DNA of 64,000 nucleotides from Pseudomonadales bacterium (GTDB lineage Bacteria; Pseudomonadota; Gammaproteobacteria; Pseudomonadales; UBA7434): NCBI GenBank assembly GCA_965263235.1, contig OZ253667.1, positions 2,116,575 to 2,180,574 of the forward strand, read 5' to 3'. Shown piece by piece: positions 61,093 to 64,000 of this stretch (position 1 is its first letter; each line of letters starts with the position of its first letter). The notes under the pieces were generated by a model. It saw only the letters and a program-made list of their open reading frames with translations, ran no database searches and was not told where the DNA came from. The position numbers and the translations under genes were made by a program.

Positions 61093-62514
61093 ATGTATAC
61101 AATAAGTGAGTCCGGCGGAAAGAACAAAGCTACTGCTGACGAACATAGAATGCGCATACCCCCAGGCCCACCACTTTCAACACAAGAGCTCAGGCAAATA
61201 TTTTTTGCTAATCCTTTTCCATTCTTCGACGAGTGTAAAAATGATTTCGGGAAAATCTTCACGCTCGACCTGGGAAACTTCGGTTGCAAAGAATTCAACT
61301 CAAACGGCCTGTGGGTATTCGTTTGCGGTGAAGAAAATAATAAGCTTTTGTCGCAATGCGACCCACATGTTGCATTACGCGGCGCAGGCCAGCTTATCAG
61401 TTTCTCTATCTTTGGCCCAATGCAGCGGAAGGCTCTTTTGTTTCAAGATGGAGACCGCGGTTTCAAACTGCGTAAAGACATTCTGGAATTGGTCAAACAT
61501 TATAGTAAAAGAACGATATCCCCAATAAAGTCGTTCGACGACAACGTCAAACAAAGTCTAAAGCACTTAAATACCCAGCGCCCAAATAGCCTAAGCGATT
61601 TCGTTACCAAAAACGTGTACACATCGCTATTTGAATCTGTCTTGCGTGGAAATAACGATGATCACCTGGAGCTCGAAAGCGTTCTGCTTAAGCCCTTTTT
61701 GGAAAATAACGTAGAGACCGAATTTAAGCACTATTTGCGTGAGGCGATTCCAGTTTTAGACGAGCTTATTTCCAAACGAAAACAAACATTAGGGGCTGAC
61801 GCTAACAAGAGACAAGACCTTTGCACTCTGGATATAGGATTGCTCGCCCAACGGGAAGGCTTCTCTATATCCGATGAGGAAATCCGCGACAACGCAATTA
61901 CCTATTTTACGCTTCGCGCAAAAATGATCTTATGCGTACTGAGTTGGTGTCTAGTTTGGCTAACTCGTGAACCTGAAGCAATGGAGCAAGTGCTGAACGA
62001 AATAAATCAGTTTGACGATAGTAAAGCGGTTAACTTCAAAGACGCTCCCTTTTTGAAAGCGTTTATTCGAGAGGTGTTTCGCATCAGCCCTATGCGCTCA
62101 AGGCACTCAGAAGTGTTACTCGCCGATAATATCAGCTTCGCCGGTTACGACATTCCCCGCGGCACCATGATGGCTAGCGTCCCATTCCTGACACATACTG
62201 ATCCCGAGCAGTTTGAAGATCCTTTTAGATTCGATGCGTCACGCTTCTTGCGACACGAATATTCTGAACAAGCGTGCAACGCTTTTGGCGTAGGGGGTAA
62301 TTTTGCTATTGAATGGGAAGAGCCCACGATTAATCGATCAGTTAGTTTTCTCGCCACGCTTCTACGGCATATAAAAGTTAAAGAGAAGAATCTTTCGTCT
62401 GCGCCGGAATGCTCTCATGGCATATATCTTCCCTGCTCCTTTAGCAAAGCGACTATCACTCCCCGTAATCCGCAATCGCTTCAGGAAGACTCTCACATAG
62501 TGCAAGGCGCCTAA
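61093..62514 (+). CDS. Cytochrome P450-fold protein with degenerate heme-ligand and I-helix motifs
   Basis: 473-aa ORF with an N-terminal PPGPP hinge, ExxR (EVFR) and a PERF-like PFRFDASRF. The Cys-pocket position reads FGVGGNFAIE where FGxGxRxCxG is expected. Confidence 0.75.
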   Translation: MYTISESGGKNKATADEHRMRIPPGPPLSTQELRQIFFANPFPFFDECKNDFGKIFTLDLGNFGCKEFNSNGLWVFVCGEENNKLLSQCDPHVALRGAGQLISFSIFGPMQRKALLFQDGDRGFKLRKDILELVKHYSKRTISPIKSFDDNVKQSLKHLNTQRPNSLSDFVTKNVYTSLFESVLRGNNDDHLELESVLLKPFLENNVETEFKHYLREAIPVLDELISKRKQTLGADANKRQDLCTLDIGLLAQREGFSISDEEIRDNAITYFTLRAKMILCVLSWCLVWLTREPEAMEQVLNEINQFDDSKAVNFKDAPFLKAFIREVFRISPMRSRHSEVLLADNISFAGYDIPRGTMMASVPFLTHTDPEQFEDPFRFDASRFLRHEYSEQACNAFGVGGNFAIEWEEPTINRSVSFLATLLRHIKVKEKNLSSAPECSHGIYLPCSFSKATITPRNPQSLQEDSHIVQGA

Positions 62515-63147
62515 AACCAACTAAAAGCGCACAAATCTGGCGTTCAATTGGTACCCGATCACCCTCTCGCTACTGAGCAATATTTTTACAATTGATGTAT
62601 TACCGCAGCCCAGGCGAGGCTGAGAATGCTTCGGGTAAACGCCAAACAAAGCCCGCATTAAAAACCAATAACAATCATATAGTTAGATTGCATAATTAGT
62701 GTAAATTTCATTAACACGTGAGTGCTCAGAGCACCGAGATCGCACAGGAATACAAGCAAATGTCATCTTTTAACTTCCATCTCAATTGATTGCTTCTTAA
62801 CCCCCACTGGGATAACATTCGTTCACCGCGCATAGCAAAGAAGCGACGATAAGATGATAGACGCGGTTGCGCCCTTTCTTCCCTCGAATAAGGAGGAGAG
62901 CAGCGCTTGTTTATTTATGTGATCACCACAGTGCTTAAGACTCAATGTCTCGTATTAAGAGACACGAAGTTGTAAAAAATAAAGTGTAGGCTCTGGGTTT
63001 CTTCACAGCATATTTGAAGAAAATTGCAGCAAAACAAATAGAAACAAACAGCGAGCCCGTTTAGCTTTGTGTTATTGAAAAGAGCTGACGGGAAGTGCGC
63101 GAAAAAACATGACACTACGTAGTTAGTAAAACTTTGGAGGATGGATA

Positions 63148-64000
63148 GTGAACCCCTTTCACTGGCACCAAACGATAAAGCAACACGTACTTAGCCTGGC
63201 GCGACCTACTGCAATTGCGCTTTTTACTATTGCTGGCACATCACAATATGCGGTGGCAGCATCTCTTCCGCTAAATTTCAACGGATGTACTGGACCTGGT
63301 AGCGGCCCCGAGTGTACACCCGAATTTGCGCACGGTAATCTGGACGTCTCCTATTCAATCGATGGAGGAAGCAACACTGGCACGCTGAGCTTTTCTGGTT
63401 CAGGAACTTACTCAGTCACTTTGGCAGATACGCTGGTCGATGATGGCACATCGGGTACTGGTGATAGTGATGGCAAGTCCGGATATAGCGTTCAGGGATT
63501 CAACCTCAACGGCGGCTTCACCTCAAGTCCTACCAAGTTTGAATTCGATATTATCTTTGATCTAAATAGCGTTGCGGCCGATCAGGCACTTAACGCTCTA
63601 GCTGGTAGCGACCTGGACTTTAATGGCATTGTTTCGCAAAACAATGCGGGTTCGTTTACACCTGACGCTAATGTTAACCTGGCGCCTGTGCAAATTGTTA
63701 CTCGCGACAATGGTGGCAACGTTACGGGTACTAATGAACTGCTGGGCGATTTGCTTACAGCTGACATCACCGATTTCGCCTTTACTAATTACTCGGGCAC
63801 TGGCGACGCAGCAATAGAATTTAGTTTTTTAGGCGCGGTTGACCAGCTGCTATCAGAAGTCGCGTTTGCAACTGGTGATACGCTTGCTCAAGGTATCGCG
63901 CCGGTTGTTATCGCATCGGGCGATCTGGATGCCTCAAAAGACTGGTGGGAGTACGAGTGGGTTGGTAGCGCAAGCGCAAACGTAGTTGTGCCAGTACCAG
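63148..64000 (+). CDS. Secreted hypothetical protein, N-terminal 284 aa (continues past window end)
   Basis: Absent from the ORF track (GTG start, no stop in window). GGAGG (63136-40) lies 7 nt before GTG 63148. The open frame runs to the window end: VNPFHWHQTIKQHVLSLARPTAIALFTIAGTSQYAVAASLPLNFNGCTGPGSGPEC... It has a signal-peptide-like N-terminus and a Gly/Asp/Thr/Ser-rich body. Confidence 0.65.
   Translation, partial: MNPFHWHQTIKQHVLSLARPTAIALFTIAGTSQYAVAASLPLNFNGCTGPGSGPECTPEFAHGNLDVSYSIDGGSNTGTLSFSGSGTYSVTLADTLVDDGTSGTGDSDGKSGYSVQGFNLNGGFTSSPTKFEFDIIFDLNSVAADQALNALAGSDLDFNGIVSQNNAGSFTPDANVNLAPVQIVTRDNGGNVTGTNELLGDLLTADITDFAFTNYSGTGDAAIEFSFLGAVDQLLSEVAFATGDTLAQGIAPVVIASGDLDASKDWWEYEWVGSASANVVVPVP

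Noticed and set aside
61106..61528. 140-aa alternative-frame ORF at the start of the P450-like gene
   Set aside because: The 61093 frame continues for 473 aa with P450 landmarks. The alternative frame terminates early and has no features.
62890..62975. Strong AAGGAGG Shine-Dalgarno followed 10 nt later by a TTG-initiated 22-codon micro-ORF (MFIYVITTVLKTQCLVLRDTKL) in the AT-rich gap
   Set aside because: The non-ATG start, long spacing and lack of any way to test conservation here mean it may be chance. It is worth a glance in ribosome-profiling data but not supportable as a gene.

Overview
This 64-kb window looks like gammaproteobacterial chromosome, with gene order resembling the Pseudomonas/Cellvibrio-type PA2960-PA2976 block. 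All calls come from reading the ORF translations and the DNA by eye; no searches were run.

The first ~28 kb is a conserved housekeeping backbone, mostly on the minus strand:
- lon (partial), clpX, clpP, tig and tRNA-Leu
- a GH84 (O-GlcNAcase-like) gene
- pilZ-holB-tmk-mltG-pabC-fabF-acpP-fabG-fabD, then rpmF-yceD
- maf, a CpxRA-like two-component pair, sppA, a HAD hydrolase, rluC, rne and tRNA-Ser

The remainder is more accessory:
- ion channels, queF and a yadGH-like ABC exporter
- a type IV pilus minor-pilin operon (pilV-pilW-pilX-pilY1 plus a small secreted protein) ending at tRNA-Glu
- monomeric icd
- a lipid-themed stretch: orphan KAS plus orphan histidine kinase, patatin, glpK-glpD, a START-domain protein, a thiolase/FabG4-like/MaoC trio, an MDR reductase and a P450-fold protein
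- a truncated secreted protein at the right edge

I saw no CRISPR array, transposase, integrase, phage gene or recognisable defence system.

The observations most worth follow-up:
- a tandem Cys/aromatic-rich module inserted in the 1290-aa PilY1-like adhesin
- a P450-fold protein that appears to lack the heme-thiolate Cys and the I-helix acid-alcohol pair
- a KAS-histidine kinase gene pair
- a candidate sRNA beside pilZ
- a 1.6-kb almost gene-free region upstream of rne
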